Source of the DNA: an uncultured virus (IMG/VR IMGVR_UViG_3300032321_000801)
Lineage: Duplodnaviria; Heunggongvirae; Uroviricota; Caudoviricetes
Length of the DNA stretch: 64,000 nucleotides
IMG/VR virus record: IMGVR_UViG_3300032321_000801
Reading direction: 5' to 3' (one strand)
How positions within the stretch are numbered: the first letter of the stretch is position 1; each line of letters starts with the position of its first letter. Shown in pieces: positions 1 through 10,213 of the stretch. The translations under genes were made by a program, and so were the position numbers. The notes beneath the pieces are model-generated. The model worked only from the letters and a program-made list of their open reading frames with translations, did not search any database and was not told where the DNA came from.

Positions 1-971
1 GCCTGAACAGAGGCAGATAAAACGGTGTTCCAAGTGTTTACTGTTGCCAGTGTTTGCCCAGGAATTTTCTCGACAACAAATACGGTGTTTGCGTCGATGT
101 TGCCGTCTGTACCGCCACCTACAATGTACTTGACTTTAATGTCGGCGTCTTTGGGGGGAATCAGCCCCGACACACCATCACCAAACGTTAACGTAACAAA
201 GTTATCCGCGTCGATATAAGAAGAAAAAACCGTGTCCCCAGGGTTGTAGTCAATAAGGCTGTCTACCTCAGTCCACAATCCGTAGATGTTTGATGCGCCA
301 CCGTTCTCCACCCAAACTTCAACTGTCCCCTGAACAACCTGGTTCTCAGAAAGAATGAATGATTGATTTGGCAACCCGTTTGAACGACCAACTAATTCTC
401 CTGCAACATTGCCCGCAGTTTCAAGCCCAGGGATATCCGTAGTGTCGTCCGCCAAAGAATCGTTTGTGTATCGAAGAGAGATAACTTCACCGTGTTTTGC
501 ACCTACCACAGCGTTAGAGTTTGCGGAAACAGTAACGTCAACTACGGTGTAAAACCTAACTTTTTTGCTTACATTACCGTCTTGATAGATAGCATAAAAC
601 TGGGTTTTAGCAGGAACAGTGATTGGGTTTGCGCTTGAGTTTGTAATGTAAAAAGTAGCCGTTGCACTCTGGTACCCAGAAGGAACGTAACCGTATGAAC
701 GAGCAAGAGCAATCACGTTGTCTCGTTGAGTTGCCGTGGTTAGACGACTTTCGTTTGCAACACGGTCGGTGTAATACGACATGACGTCGCCCATGTACGA
801 AAACGCTTCGACAAGAGCCACACCAAAGTCGGCGGGGTCATCGCCCGTCCAAGTAGTAATGCGGTCTTTAATTCGAGCAATTAAGTCTTCACGAAGTGAG
901 TAAAAATCTCGACTTGTGTAGTCAATCATTACGGGGTATTTAGGAAGCCCCGTTGGGTCAGTAGTTGCCAA
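1..971 (-). CDS. Baseplate wedge protein (baseplate J / T4 gp6-like), runs off the window edge
   Basis: Manual translation from TTG at 971 (SD GAGAGG): MATTDPTGLPKYPVMIDYTSRDFYSLREDL...DPADFGVALVEAFSYMGDVMSYYTDRVANE, a typical gp6/J N-terminus. Follows the gp25-like gene. Confidence 0.85.
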   Translation of the reverse strand, partial: MATTDPTGLPKYPVMIDYTSRDFYSLREDLIARIKDRITTWTGDDPADFGVALVEAFSYMGDVMSYYTDRVANESRLTTATQRDNVIALARSYGYVPSGYQSATATFYITNSSANPITVPAKTQFYAIYQDGNVSKKVRFYTVVDVTVSANSNAVVGAKHGEVISLRYTNDSLADDTTDIPGLETAGNVAGELVGRSNGLPNQSFILSENQVVQGTVEVWVENGGASNIYGLWTEVDSLIDYNPGDTVFSSYIDADNFVTLTFGDGVSGLIPPKDADIKVKYIVGGGTDGNIDANTVFVVEKIPGQTLATVNTWNTVLSASVQ

Positions 972-1377
972 GTAAGTTTACCTCTCTAATTTGAAGGTCA
1001 CCGTCAATGGCGGCTACCCCCACTCGGACCGTATCCTGTGTTTGATTAGGAAGAGTGTACAAAATTTCGATGTGATAGTTTCCATCGTTAGTGTCGACTC
1101 TTGTCGTGACTTCTTCCAAAATCAACGCAGGAAATTGGTTTACAAATATTGCCGAAATTTCTTCATCAGCAACAGACGAAACCCTGGATGTTCCATCAAA
1201 AGAATGCTTCGGCAAGGTAGACCCAAAATCTGACCTCAATACCCGCTCACCCTGAAGCGTTCCTACCGCCAAGAAAACTCGGTCCCTCCAAATTTTAGAA
1301 ACGTCAGTAGTCGCTGCAACCTTTCCTCGTGAAATAGAAAAGGGCAACTCAATGGCGCTATATTCCGCAGGTTGCAT
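958..1377 (-). CDS. Baseplate wedge protein, gp25/GPW-like
   Basis: 'AIELPFSI...GTLQGERVLRSDFGS' gp25 motif. Start taken at MQPAEY. Confidence 0.85.
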   Translation of the reverse strand: MQPAEYSAIELPFSISRGKVAATTDVSKIWRDRVFLAVGTLQGERVLRSDFGSTLPKHSFDGTSRVSSVADEEISAIFVNQFPALILEEVTTRVDTNDGNYHIEILYTLPNQTQDTVRVGVAAIDGDLQIREVNLLGNY

Positions 1378-1379
1378 AG

Positions 1380-2654
1380 TTATCCTTTTCCTGGAATCGA
1401 AGATACCCAACGAGACGGGCTTGAAATAAACCCGTTGTCAGACGGCAAAATCGCCGCCTTGTATGTTTTTAACTGAGTTTCCCGATAGTCTTCTTGTATT
1501 GTTCCGTTTTTAATTCTCTCCGTTATATCAACCAGTTTATCGGATACGGCATCGGTTTTTCTGGTTGGACTTTCATTGAGCGGTCCAAGACCGTCAACAA
1601 GAACTGTCATGTCAATCGTATAATCACCAGAAATAATAGTGTGCTTAACTTCGTCGATGACCCAATACCCGTCCGTATCTTGTCCTGTTCCTTGTATATA
1701 GATTGATTGGAATGGGCGCATTCGTGGGTCTCCCTGACCCTTGACTTTTGCTGGCAAAGACAACCGAGCAAGTTCTGCGCTGCCTCCCGCCAAAGAACTT
1801 CCCATTGCTGCAGAGTTAACCACCCTGTCTGTTCGGTAGTCCGTAAACAGTGACTCTCCAATATTCTCTCTCAAAGTTCCCGTGGCGAGTTCTGGTGCAG
1901 CGGAACCCTGGACAGACGTTCCTAAGTGCGGGTCAACACCACCAGTAATTTTCTTTGCTTTTGGATTGTTAGATTGTTCGACGTGACTTCCCTTAACTAC
2001 TTTAAAGTAATTCAATGTTCGTTCAAACAATCTGGGTTCGTCAACATAGTCGGGAGCAGAAAAAAACAGAGAAGGAACAGAACTCATGCTTTGGTCAATC
2101 ATGTTGTTCAGTTTTCTAAAGTAAAGCGTTGTTTTTGATAGGTAAACTGTGTACCCAATCTTTTTTGCTTGCTCAACAATCCATTGCCAGTAAGTGTGCC
2201 CCGCCATAGACAACTGTGGGAACACAATGTCGTGCGCGTCTACGACTGCTGCCAGTCCAAATTCCTTGCAAATTTCAGCAACCGCATCGGGGATAGTTGA
2301 TTGAACAAACACTCTTGTTGCCCGCTCTTTCAGTACGTAAGACGCACCGATACAGATGACCTCCATCTGCTTCTCTTGCTGCAGCGCAACCGTTTTTGTC
2401 ACGTGCGTTACGTACCCTACCCACTCCCGTTCCTCAGACATCATGTTCCACTTAACCTTGACTGGGATACCTGTTACTAGGTTGTCAAAAACAGAAGCGA
2501 TTGTTGTGGGGTAGGTAAGGACCAACACGTCATGCGTAAAAGGCTTTTGATGAAGCGTGACCATCGTGGGCGTGTTTGATACGGATGGGAGCGTCGGAAA
2601 TTCTACGGTAAATTTAACCGCACTTCTATTTCTAGCATGAAGATTAACCGACAT
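1380..2654 (-). CDS. Baseplate hub / late control D-like tail protein
   Basis: 'WVGYV', 'QLSMAGHTYWQWIVEQAKKIGY', 'GQGDPRMRP', 'DGYWVIDEVKH'. Lies within the baseplate cluster. Confidence 0.7.
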   Translation of the reverse strand: MSVNLHARNRSAVKFTVEFPTLPSVSNTPTMVTLHQKPFTHDVLVLTYPTTIASVFDNLVTGIPVKVKWNMMSEEREWVGYVTHVTKTVALQQEKQMEVICIGASYVLKERATRVFVQSTIPDAVAEICKEFGLAAVVDAHDIVFPQLSMAGHTYWQWIVEQAKKIGYTVYLSKTTLYFRKLNNMIDQSMSSVPSLFFSAPDYVDEPRLFERTLNYFKVVKGSHVEQSNNPKAKKITGGVDPHLGTSVQGSAAPELATGTLRENIGESLFTDYRTDRVVNSAAMGSSLAGGSAELARLSLPAKVKGQGDPRMRPFQSIYIQGTGQDTDGYWVIDEVKHTIISGDYTIDMTVLVDGLGPLNESPTRKTDAVSDKLVDITERIKNGTIQEDYRETQLKTYKAAILPSDNGFISSPSRWVSSIPGKG

Positions 2655-2922
2655 TAGGAATCCGCAGGGTAGTCCCCGTCGCAATAGTAAACGGGTCAAG
2701 AATCTCAGGATTAAAGTCCATTATCCTCCACCATTTTGCGGCAGAACCCAAAAATACTTTTGAAATCTGGTCTATTCTGTCCGTTTCTTTCCACACATAC
2801 AAAAAGTAATCAGAAGTTGCTTTTGGAAACTTACGAAAAAGAGTAGGCACACTCTGCTTAGAACTATTTTTGTAGAGAGAAACAAGTTTGCCTTTTGCAT
2901 ATCTACTGTCTGTGAAAATCAT
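2644..2922 (-). CDS. LysM / tail-X-like baseplate protein
   Basis: 'ETDRIDQISKVFLGSAAKWWRIMDFNPEILDPFTIATGTTLRIP' LysM-like pattern. Confidence 0.8.
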   Translation of the reverse strand: MIFTDSRYAKGKLVSLYKNSSKQSVPTLFRKFPKATSDYFLYVWKETDRIDQISKVFLGSAAKWWRIMDFNPEILDPFTIATGTTLRIPNVG

Positions 2923-2940
2923 TTCATTCCTATCTAAATT

Positions 2941-4260
2941 CTAAACCGCTGTCCACGGTCGGGCGTCTTTGTTTGAAACTCCGTTAACACCTGGGTCCGC
3001 AACCGCGTCCTTGGTCTGTCCCTTCTTCTTGTTTCCTTGTCCAATAACATCGGGAAGTCGGTTGAATGAAAGGCTTAACGTCGAAAAAATGGGAACCATT
3101 CTTTCGTTGAAGATAACGTGGCGAAGATTAAACCCGCTAATAAAGCATCGGTACCGCAACGATTGTCCTAGGTGAAGGTCAACGGGACGACCCGACAGCC
3201 ACCCAACGTCGGCAGTTACTCCCCGAAGTTCGGTAGCGTAAGCAAACCCCATAATGGTTCGAAGAAGGAACTCAACATCATACATTGTCCCCTTTTGCCA
3301 AATCGCTACCTGGTCAATCGCGTCAGGATTCCGTGGAGAATAAATTTGTTTAGTTGGGTCAGTGAGTTGGGCGCGACCCCCCTGGTCTCCGTTCTCGTTC
3401 AACGGAACAGTGTAGTACTGGTGGTCCATTGTCCTGTTGAGAATAATGTCAAATGTAATGGTGCTTTGGGTAACGTTGCTGCCCGCTACACCAATGACGT
3501 TAAATGGGTCATCTTGTGTGGCGACATAGTTAATGTCCATTGGAGGGACCCCAGTGTAAGACATTTCAATAGACCCAGGGTTATAGTGAAATTGAAAACC
3601 ATAACGAGCCATCAACGTATTGTTTGTTCCGCCAGGAACAAGAATGTCGGTGTCTCCCTTATTTTTGTTAAATACGGTTAAGACAATCATTCCCTTGTTT
3701 GCCGCGCTTGCAGACCACAGGTCTCGTGCGTTTGAAACAACCGCAGGTTTTGTGCCCAACTTAATGTTGAACAGTTTTCCAAAGTTATCTTCTTGGCTAA
3801 AGTATGCGGAGTTTACACATCCGACGTTGTAGATAAGGTCTGTATCGTATATTGGTGCACCCTTTTGCGCGGTTCCTTCGTCAGCCTTATCTTTTTTGCC
3901 AGGTTTGTCGCTTGGTTTGTCGGCGGTATCTTGCAGCCCTTTAATCTTTTTGGTCATTGCGTTGATGTAGACGGTAAGGTCATCAATTTCTTTTTTCAAT
4001 GCGGTCTTAATTATGACAACGCCAGTCTCGGAATAACTTTTCCATAATTTGTCAAGCGCCGCTTGAAGGGCAAGTTTATTCTGCTTGTAATCCTTAACGG
4101 GGTTGTCTTTGCGGTCTGTAAATTTGGCGTTAACAGTTCCTGCAAAATCAAGTTTCCATTCGGTACCGACTTTATACGCTGATTTGTTATACCAGTTATA
4201 CTTAACAAACTCAGAACGTTGAAGTCCAAAGTCGTCTACAAGATTTGACCAATCAGCCAT
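2941..4260 (-). CDS. Baseplate / tube-initiator-like protein
   Basis: 439 aa. 'YGFQFHYNPGSIEMSY' and a C-terminal tube-like region. Sits between the tape measure and LysM genes. Confidence 0.55.
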   Translation of the reverse strand: MADWSNLVDDFGLQRSEFVKYNWYNKSAYKVGTEWKLDFAGTVNAKFTDRKDNPVKDYKQNKLALQAALDKLWKSYSETGVVIIKTALKKEIDDLTVYINAMTKKIKGLQDTADKPSDKPGKKDKADEGTAQKGAPIYDTDLIYNVGCVNSAYFSQEDNFGKLFNIKLGTKPAVVSNARDLWSASAANKGMIVLTVFNKNKGDTDILVPGGTNNTLMARYGFQFHYNPGSIEMSYTGVPPMDINYVATQDDPFNVIGVAGSNVTQSTITFDIILNRTMDHQYYTVPLNENGDQGGRAQLTDPTKQIYSPRNPDAIDQVAIWQKGTMYDVEFLLRTIMGFAYATELRGVTADVGWLSGRPVDLHLGQSLRYRCFISGFNLRHVIFNERMVPIFSTLSLSFNRLPDVIGQGNKKKGQTKDAVADPGVNGVSNKDARPWTAV

Positions 4261-6560
4261 TATCGGTTCCTCATCATTCCAATATTGACATCGTCATCGA
4301 TGTATTGCTTTACCATTTCCGCAAGTTTTCTTGCTTCCGCAGGGGTTGACTGCGCTACCGTAACGTTAATAGTTACGTTGCTTCCCGATTTTCCTCCCGA
4401 CGGAGAACTATTACTTGTTCTATTCCCCATATATTTTGTTTGAAGAGAATCAATGTCCAGGAACGAACGGTTTTTGGGCAAAGCCAACATTGTTTTTCCT
4501 TCTCCCATTGACGCGCCTTTGCCAGCAGCGGCGCTAGAGCCTCCGCCAGAAAGTGGTTCAGGAGGAGTAACGGAAGTTGATGCCGCCGAAGATTGCTCAA
4601 TGGGAAGATAGCCAGAGTTTCCCAATCTATTAGCAACAAGTTCTGCTCCCGCTTGCATCCACGCAGGGCGTGTGTCTTGAGACGATTTGGTGTTGCTACT
4701 AACTGGGGAGACGTTCTTACCCATAACAGTGGACGGGTCGATGAAAGAGCCGTTCTTTTCCACCTCAAAGTGAAGGTGAGGACCCGTGGCGGCTCCAGTC
4801 TCTCCCACTTCTCCGATTTTTTCTCCCTTACGAACCCGTTGCTTTACTTGCACAGAAACCTTAGAAAGGTGCGCGTAACGAGTTTGGTATCCATTGTCGT
4901 GGTCAAGCGTTACATAGTTGCCATAACCAGTGTTCTTGTCCATGTTATGACCGATATAACTGACGACTCCGTCCGCTGCCGCTCTAACCGTAGTTCCCGT
5001 CGAGGCTTGGATGTCAATACCGTTGTGAGTTTTGTTCTCACCAGTAATCGGACTTTTACGCGGACCATAACCACTCGTAATTGAACCCGCAACAGGTCGA
5101 CCAATGCTTGTTCCAGAATCTGCCTTGCCCGTCATTCCAGCGCCATCAGCCCCACCCTGACCAGTTACTTGACCAAGAGTTATACCGTTGGACGGTCCCC
5201 CCGTATAAGGTCGACGACCACCACGAGGAGAAACTGGAGTAGAACGGGGAATTGGCGAATCGGCGTTAGATGCGTAAGTATCGACATTAAAAAGAGAACC
5301 AATCATAGTGCCAGCCGCAGCAAAAAGGCTGGGGATACTTGCAATTCCCGCCAAATCGCTTACTCCAGGAATGTTTGAGATTGCAGTAAGAGAGTCCCCA
5401 GCAAAACCATATGCTGCCTTTCCCCCACTCGAAAGACCTATAGTGTCCAACATTGTTTGAAGCGTCGCCATTGCTTTTCCGCCCGCATTACCGTATGCAA
5501 TCATCCCGTCAGTAAATACCTTTACTGCAGGAATTGCTGCTTCAAGACCGTTAATAAAAGCGTCAGTAGTTTCTTTCATTACCCTAGTGTTTTGGTAATT
5601 TATTTGTTGAAGCGCACCCTCTGGGTTTCTGTTTCCTTGATAAATTTGCCCACCAACTAAATTCTCTAATTGGTCAACATTTCCAAAATCAAGAGTTTGA
5701 CCCTTTGCTTTGGAGATTGCAAACTGTTGGAACAGTTCCTTTTGTGCTTCACTAAAGCCCATGTTGTTAATGGATACGCCCAGTTTACCTCGACGAATAC
5801 TCTCCAGAGTTTGGCTAACGGTCGCCTTTCCCTGTCCCGCAGTTAATCGACTATAGATATCTCCAAAGATGTCTCCAGTGCTTCGCGCCTGACCCTTAGA
5901 ATCAGAAGTATAGATTCCCATACTCAGTAAGTTGGATGACATGGAACCGCTTGTCATGCCTTCAAACGCAGTGGCAGCAGTCATGTTGTCCATGTTTAAA
6001 TATTTGCCCGCGTAAGCAGTGGACTTGACTACATCAAGATACGCCGAAGAACTTCCAATCATTCCTCGTTGGCTTAGATAACGCGCAACATCAGCGTCAG
6101 CCCCAGCGTAAGAAAGTCCGCCACCTTTAAACGCATCGAGAGTACGGCTTTGCATTGCAGCGTTCATGCCCATGCCGCCGCCCTGGTACAGCGTCGCTCG
6201 GTAGTAACTAGACGCTCGACCAAGCACCGCGCCTTGAGAAGGAAGCGCACCCAAATAAGCGGACATTGCTTTTTGGCTCATTTGAATCGCGGCGGAAGCA
6301 ACATTGGAAACTCCCATACCCAGTGCGGGGTTACCTGTAAGGAATCCCACGCCCGTGCCGAGCGCGGCTGCGCCTGGAGATGGGTTCTTCGACCAAGTAC
6401 CAAACATTCCAGCAAGGTTAGGAACGTTAACCCCAGAACCACTGCCGCCGCCACCAGTAAGGTTGCCAGCAAGACGCGAAGAACTTTGTTCTGCTTGAGT
6501 TAAGAGCCTGATAGTGCGCTCAAGTTGGCTATTAAGCCCTGAGAGGTCGAATTGGTCCAT
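4260..6560 (-). CDS. Tape measure protein with M23 peptidase domain
   Basis: Ala/Gly-rich helical N-terminal half. M23 motifs 'HNGID', 'YAHL', 'TGPHLHFEV'. Directly downstream of the tail chaperones. Confidence 0.8.
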   Translation of the reverse strand: MDQFDLSGLNSQLERTIRLLTQAEQSSSRLAGNLTGGGGSGSGVNVPNLAGMFGTWSKNPSPGAAALGTGVGFLTGNPALGMGVSNVASAAIQMSQKAMSAYLGALPSQGAVLGRASSYYRATLYQGGGMGMNAAMQSRTLDAFKGGGLSYAGADADVARYLSQRGMIGSSSAYLDVVKSTAYAGKYLNMDNMTAATAFEGMTSGSMSSNLLSMGIYTSDSKGQARSTGDIFGDIYSRLTAGQGKATVSQTLESIRRGKLGVSINNMGFSEAQKELFQQFAISKAKGQTLDFGNVDQLENLVGGQIYQGNRNPEGALQQINYQNTRVMKETTDAFINGLEAAIPAVKVFTDGMIAYGNAGGKAMATLQTMLDTIGLSSGGKAAYGFAGDSLTAISNIPGVSDLAGIASIPSLFAAAGTMIGSLFNVDTYASNADSPIPRSTPVSPRGGRRPYTGGPSNGITLGQVTGQGGADGAGMTGKADSGTSIGRPVAGSITSGYGPRKSPITGENKTHNGIDIQASTGTTVRAAADGVVSYIGHNMDKNTGYGNYVTLDHDNGYQTRYAHLSKVSVQVKQRVRKGEKIGEVGETGAATGPHLHFEVEKNGSFIDPSTVMGKNVSPVSSNTKSSQDTRPAWMQAGAELVANRLGNSGYLPIEQSSAASTSVTPPEPLSGGGSSAAAGKGASMGEGKTMLALPKNRSFLDIDSLQTKYMGNRTSNSSPSGGKSGSNVTINVTVAQSTPAEARKLAEMVKQYIDDDVNIGMMRNR

Positions 6561-6563
6561 GAC

Positions 6564-6729
6564 CTATCTCCGTATCCTTCCTGTAGCCTTAGCCACCTCT
6601 ACCCAGTTTTTTCTTTCTCTGGGACTTAGTTTCTTAAGTTCTTCTAATGACCATCCAGGAAACGCAGTGGCAAGCAATGCGTAGTCCAACATTAACGATG
6701 AATATTTGGCAATATTAGAATCGAAAGAA
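6564..6729 (-). CDS. Tail assembly chaperone C-terminal extension (GT-like), probably reached by frameshift
   Basis: 'YALLATAFPGWSLEELKKLSPRERKNW' lies in the +1 frame overlapping the end of the upstream chaperone. No clear SD of its own. Confidence 0.6.
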
Positions 6730-7533
6730 CGCTCCGAAGTTAATCGGAACCACCACCTCGGCACCGCAGTCGGGGCATTCCGACGGGATGTCTTGAAGAA
6801 CTGGTCCAGGATTTCTCTTACTAATCTCCTCAAGGAGAGTACGTCGGTCCATCATGGAAAGGTTTTTAATTTGAGATTTTTCGTAAATGGGCTTTCCGTC
6901 GATTGCATGAACGCAATCTTCGAGAATAAGAGTAGCCGCTTCAGCAGCAGTCCTATCTCCAGAAGCGTTCAACTCTCGCTGAACATGCCCTGTAGGAAGA
7001 AGCACGGAGTACTCCGCCTTCTTTCCTTTTACAAGAAACTGTCGGTCTCCAGCGGGGTCCATCAAAACTTTTCTCTTGATGTCATTCTTTAAGTCAACTG
7101 TTGCAGACTTAGTATCTTCACAAGACATGCACCACACGGGAACGTCCACCATGCTACCGAAGGTAGCCTCGATGATTCCCAAAAGAAGTTCCTCTCTGTC
7201 ACCAGAAAGAAGTTCGTCTAGCAAAGCATCCGTCGCGGGAATCTCGCCAATCTTTACAACCGCTCGACTAAGAACAGTGTTGAGCATTCGCCCAACCGTC
7301 GTAACTTTAGCAATAGCCTCTTCGTCACGACCTGTGAGTTCTCTAACCTCAGCAATTCGGACGACCTCCCCAGCGGGGTTCATATACCCGCCAGGGAGAG
7401 CGACCAATCCTTCGGAAGGAACTCTTACTTCGATTACTTCTGTTTCGTTTTGTGTTGGCTCTGTGAGGGCTTCCTCAATCAGGGCGTTGGCAAGGTCAGG
7501 GTTCTGAGCCGCCTTAATGATTTTGTCAACCAA
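6715..7533 (-). CDS. Tail / baseplate-hub assembly chaperone (T4 gp26-like)
   Basis: 'EVRELTGRDEE', 'LLSGDREELLLGI', two CxxC pairs. Lies between tube and tape measure. Confidence 0.75.
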   Translation of the reverse strand: MVDKIIKAAQNPDLANALIEEALTEPTQNETEVIEVRVPSEGLVALPGGYMNPAGEVVRIAEVRELTGRDEEAIAKVTTVGRMLNTVLSRAVVKIGEIPATDALLDELLSGDREELLLGIIEATFGSMVDVPVWCMSCEDTKSATVDLKNDIKRKVLMDPAGDRQFLVKGKKAEYSVLLPTGHVQRELNASGDRTAAEAATLILEDCVHAIDGKPIYEKSQIKNLSMMDRRTLLEEISKRNPGPVLQDIPSECPDCGAEVVVPINFGAFFRF

Positions 7534-7565
7534 GTTATTCTCCTGTTTATTTTCGATTAGTTAGT

Positions 7566-8171
7566 TTAGAACGTTCCTGCAGTTGAGGTAAGGCTATCTG
7601 CCCACTTGACATCGAATCCTTCGTGGACAATCGCCATCTGCTCAACGAAGATAGCGTTGTCACCTGCGTTGAGGTCCGAATACGCAAGCGAGGTAACCCA
7701 GCAGTTGTAGATGTGGAACCGCAAAGCAACGTGGTCATCGCCCGCACCAGCATTACCTGTGGTTGGAAGACCAGAACCAGGAATTGGGTGCGAAAGAACT
7801 GAAATCTCCAAGTCAAAACGGAAATCTCCAGTACCAGAGTAGTTGTTTGTTCCACCTGTTTCTTCGATGGTACGGAACAACTTGCGCATCCACTGCCAGT
7901 TTTGTTTGGTTCCAATCGCCACACCACGCTGAAGAGTCAATGGAGAGAACGAAGTCTGCCCAGGAATCTGGTGGAAAGTGGTGTTATAGCCACCTTCACG
8001 GTACGGAATACTGTCGGTCGTAACCGCCAGACCCGATACGGAGGTGAACCCCATGCTGGCGTTAAAACCTGTGCCAACTTGACCGTCTCGGTGAGGGATA
8101 AACCTCACTAAGAATCTAAAGTTACGAATCGGGTCTGTTTCAAGACTCGACCGATTGTTAATCACTACCAT
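7566..8171 (-). CDS. Tail tube protein (T4 gp19-like)
   Basis: 'DPIRNFRFLV', 'GFTSVSGL', 'YREGG', 'LTLQRG', 'SDLNAG...VHEG'. Confidence 0.92.
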   Translation of the reverse strand: MVVINNRSSLETDPIRNFRFLVRFIPHRDGQVGTGFNASMGFTSVSGLAVTTDSIPYREGGYNTTFHQIPGQTSFSPLTLQRGVAIGTKQNWQWMRKLFRTIEETGGTNNYSGTGDFRFDLEISVLSHPIPGSGLPTTGNAGAGDDHVALRFHIYNCWVTSLAYSDLNAGDNAIFVEQMAIVHEGFDVKWADSLTSTAGTF

Positions 8172-8181
8172 TGATTACTCC

Positions 8182-10173
8182 TTATTCAAAAGTGGATTGG
8201 TTGAGGGCGATAACAATGAACTCGGCGGGGTACTCAAGAGCAACTCCGATTTCAATGTGGACTTCACCGTTTTGGATGGATGCCGTGCTGTTGTTCTCTT
8301 CGTCACACTTGACGTAGTAAGCCTCGGCAGTGTTGTTTCCTCGCAAACCACCTTGATTGAAATACTCCGTAAGGAACACTCCCATCGATGTTGTGATTCT
8401 GCTCCACAAGCGCGAGTCGTTTGCTTCAAACAATGCAAGTTCTGCAATTTGCTCAAGGCGGTGACGGATGTAGATGAGCGACCGACGCATAGCCACGTGA
8501 CGGTTAGCCGTACCATCTTGAAGAAGGGTACGTCCTCCCATCGGGACAACTCCGACACCAGGGATATCCCGAATAGCGTTTACGGGCGTGGCGTTTGAGT
8601 GCAGAGCATCCAAATCGGAGTTGGTGAACATCCGTTCAGTAGCAACGACACCCGAAAGCGGGCTACGCAAACCAGCAGGAGTCTTGTACGGACCAGTGTT
8701 GCGGTCGGTCTGAATGTACAGCCCAGCCATTGCAGCCGAGGGTCCAACGAGGCGAAGGCTGGAAGCCGTCCGTCCAATCGGGTCCTGAATGTACACGTGC
8801 GGGTAGTAGACCGCTGCGTTACTGGACTTGGTAAAAGCGGTTGCAGCGGTTGTAGCGCCGCTCACAATCTTACCAGCGGCAGTTTCAAGAACGGCAAAGC
8901 CAGTCCCTCCGTCAGCCCACGCAATCATTGCTTGCTGAATAGTCGCAGCATTAGCCTCCGAATACGAGTCAAACAACGCAGGAGCAAAAATTACAAGAGG
9001 CTTAGTAACTTCATCGAAGTCAACAACAGCCGCAGAAACTTCTGCTGCAGTCGGAAGAGTTCCGTCTGTTCCACCCGTAAAGGCAACGACTCCGTCTGTA
9101 ACATCAGGCGTCTCAGTTTCGGACGTGTTACCAGCAAGCGAAACACTAAATAGAACCGACTCACGGTTGATGACGTCGACAGCATAGTTAACGCTTGAAG
9201 GTGTGGCAAAAGTCACGTCGGTGTAGCGCTCAACAATAACGTCGTCGCTAGTCACTAACGGAGTCGGAGAAGATGGCTTCCCCTCACGATAGAACGTAAC
9301 GTCAAAGAAGCCAGCCTGGGCTGCGGCGGTGATTTCGTAACGGTAAGAGTTACCGTCAGCACCACGGTCTTTAACCGTAACTGTGGCGATGAGTGCATTA
9401 GCCGAGTCACGAATGGCGGCGGTTGCACTAACTGCTACCGCGAATCCGCCTTCAACCTTAGCCGTACCCGAAAGCCCCGTTCGAGCAGCACGAGTAACGA
9501 CACCCGTTAGCCCTGACGCAACGGTAATGTTTGCCGTTGTTTTGGGAAACTTAAGAGTGCTTCCAGTCGTGTCCGCGCCCGCCACGTATGTTCCGTTGAG
9601 GTCAGTAACGCCCGTAATTACAACAGAATCACCAACAGAAATTCCGTGAGCAGCGGAAGTCGTGATTGTCACGACATTGGAAGAAACTGAATAGCCTGTA
9701 AAGGTTGCATCCGAAACTACTTTTGCAAACTTGAGGGCTGTTGCTGTTGAGTTTGCGGCTACTGTGTACGTGCCGTTAAGGGTGGAAACTCCCGTGATTG
9801 TTACCGACTCACCCGCAACAATCGTTGAACCAACAGTAGTAAGGGTAACTTCGGTTGCGGTTGCACCGTAGGCGGTAAAACTTACGGTTTTGTCACCAGT
9901 CGCATCTGTGTTGTTGGTGAGAACTCGACGAACAAAGAGTTCCGAACCACCATTACGGAAAAACTGCGCAACAGAAGTAGTTGCAGGGAATGCGGCGTTG
10001 TAGCCACCAAAACGGCGGCTGAACTCGTACCACGAGGTAACGAGCGTGACGTCTTCAGGACCTCGCTCGAACAACCCGATACACGCACCAGCCGCGTTGG
10101 ATGCACCAACGGCGGGGATGGGACGAGAAATGAGTCGTTCAGTAAGATAGACGCCTGGTCTATTGTAAGACAT
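8182..10173 (-). CDS. Tail sheath protein
   Basis: 'YNRPGVYLTE', 'FFRNGG', 'AAVYYP', 'FEAND...LWSRI', 'YYVKCDEENN', 'PAEFI'. Confidence 0.95.
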   Translation of the reverse strand: MSYNRPGVYLTERLISRPIPAVGASNAAGACIGLFERGPEDVTLVTSWYEFSRRFGGYNAAFPATTSVAQFFRNGGSELFVRRVLTNNTDATGDKTVSFTAYGATATEVTLTTVGSTIVAGESVTITGVSTLNGTYTVAANSTATALKFAKVVSDATFTGYSVSSNVVTITTSAAHGISVGDSVVITGVTDLNGTYVAGADTTGSTLKFPKTTANITVASGLTGVVTRAARTGLSGTAKVEGGFAVAVSATAAIRDSANALIATVTVKDRGADGNSYRYEITAAAQAGFFDVTFYREGKPSSPTPLVTSDDVIVERYTDVTFATPSSVNYAVDVINRESVLFSVSLAGNTSETETPDVTDGVVAFTGGTDGTLPTAAEVSAAVVDFDEVTKPLVIFAPALFDSYSEANAATIQQAMIAWADGGTGFAVLETAAGKIVSGATTAATAFTKSSNAAVYYPHVYIQDPIGRTASSLRLVGPSAAMAGLYIQTDRNTGPYKTPAGLRSPLSGVVATERMFTNSDLDALHSNATPVNAIRDIPGVGVVPMGGRTLLQDGTANRHVAMRRSLIYIRHRLEQIAELALFEANDSRLWSRITTSMGVFLTEYFNQGGLRGNNTAEAYYVKCDEENNSTASIQNGEVHIEIGVALEYPAEFIVIALNQSTFE

Positions 10174-10213
10174 TTTTTCTCCTTAAATAAATTAATTCAG
10201 TAGGGAACGTGTA

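Noticed and set aside
927..971. Possible frameshift or readthrough at the gp25/baseplate-J junction
   Set aside because: Recounting shows the TTG at 971 is in frame with the baseplate gene, so this is an ordinary overlap.
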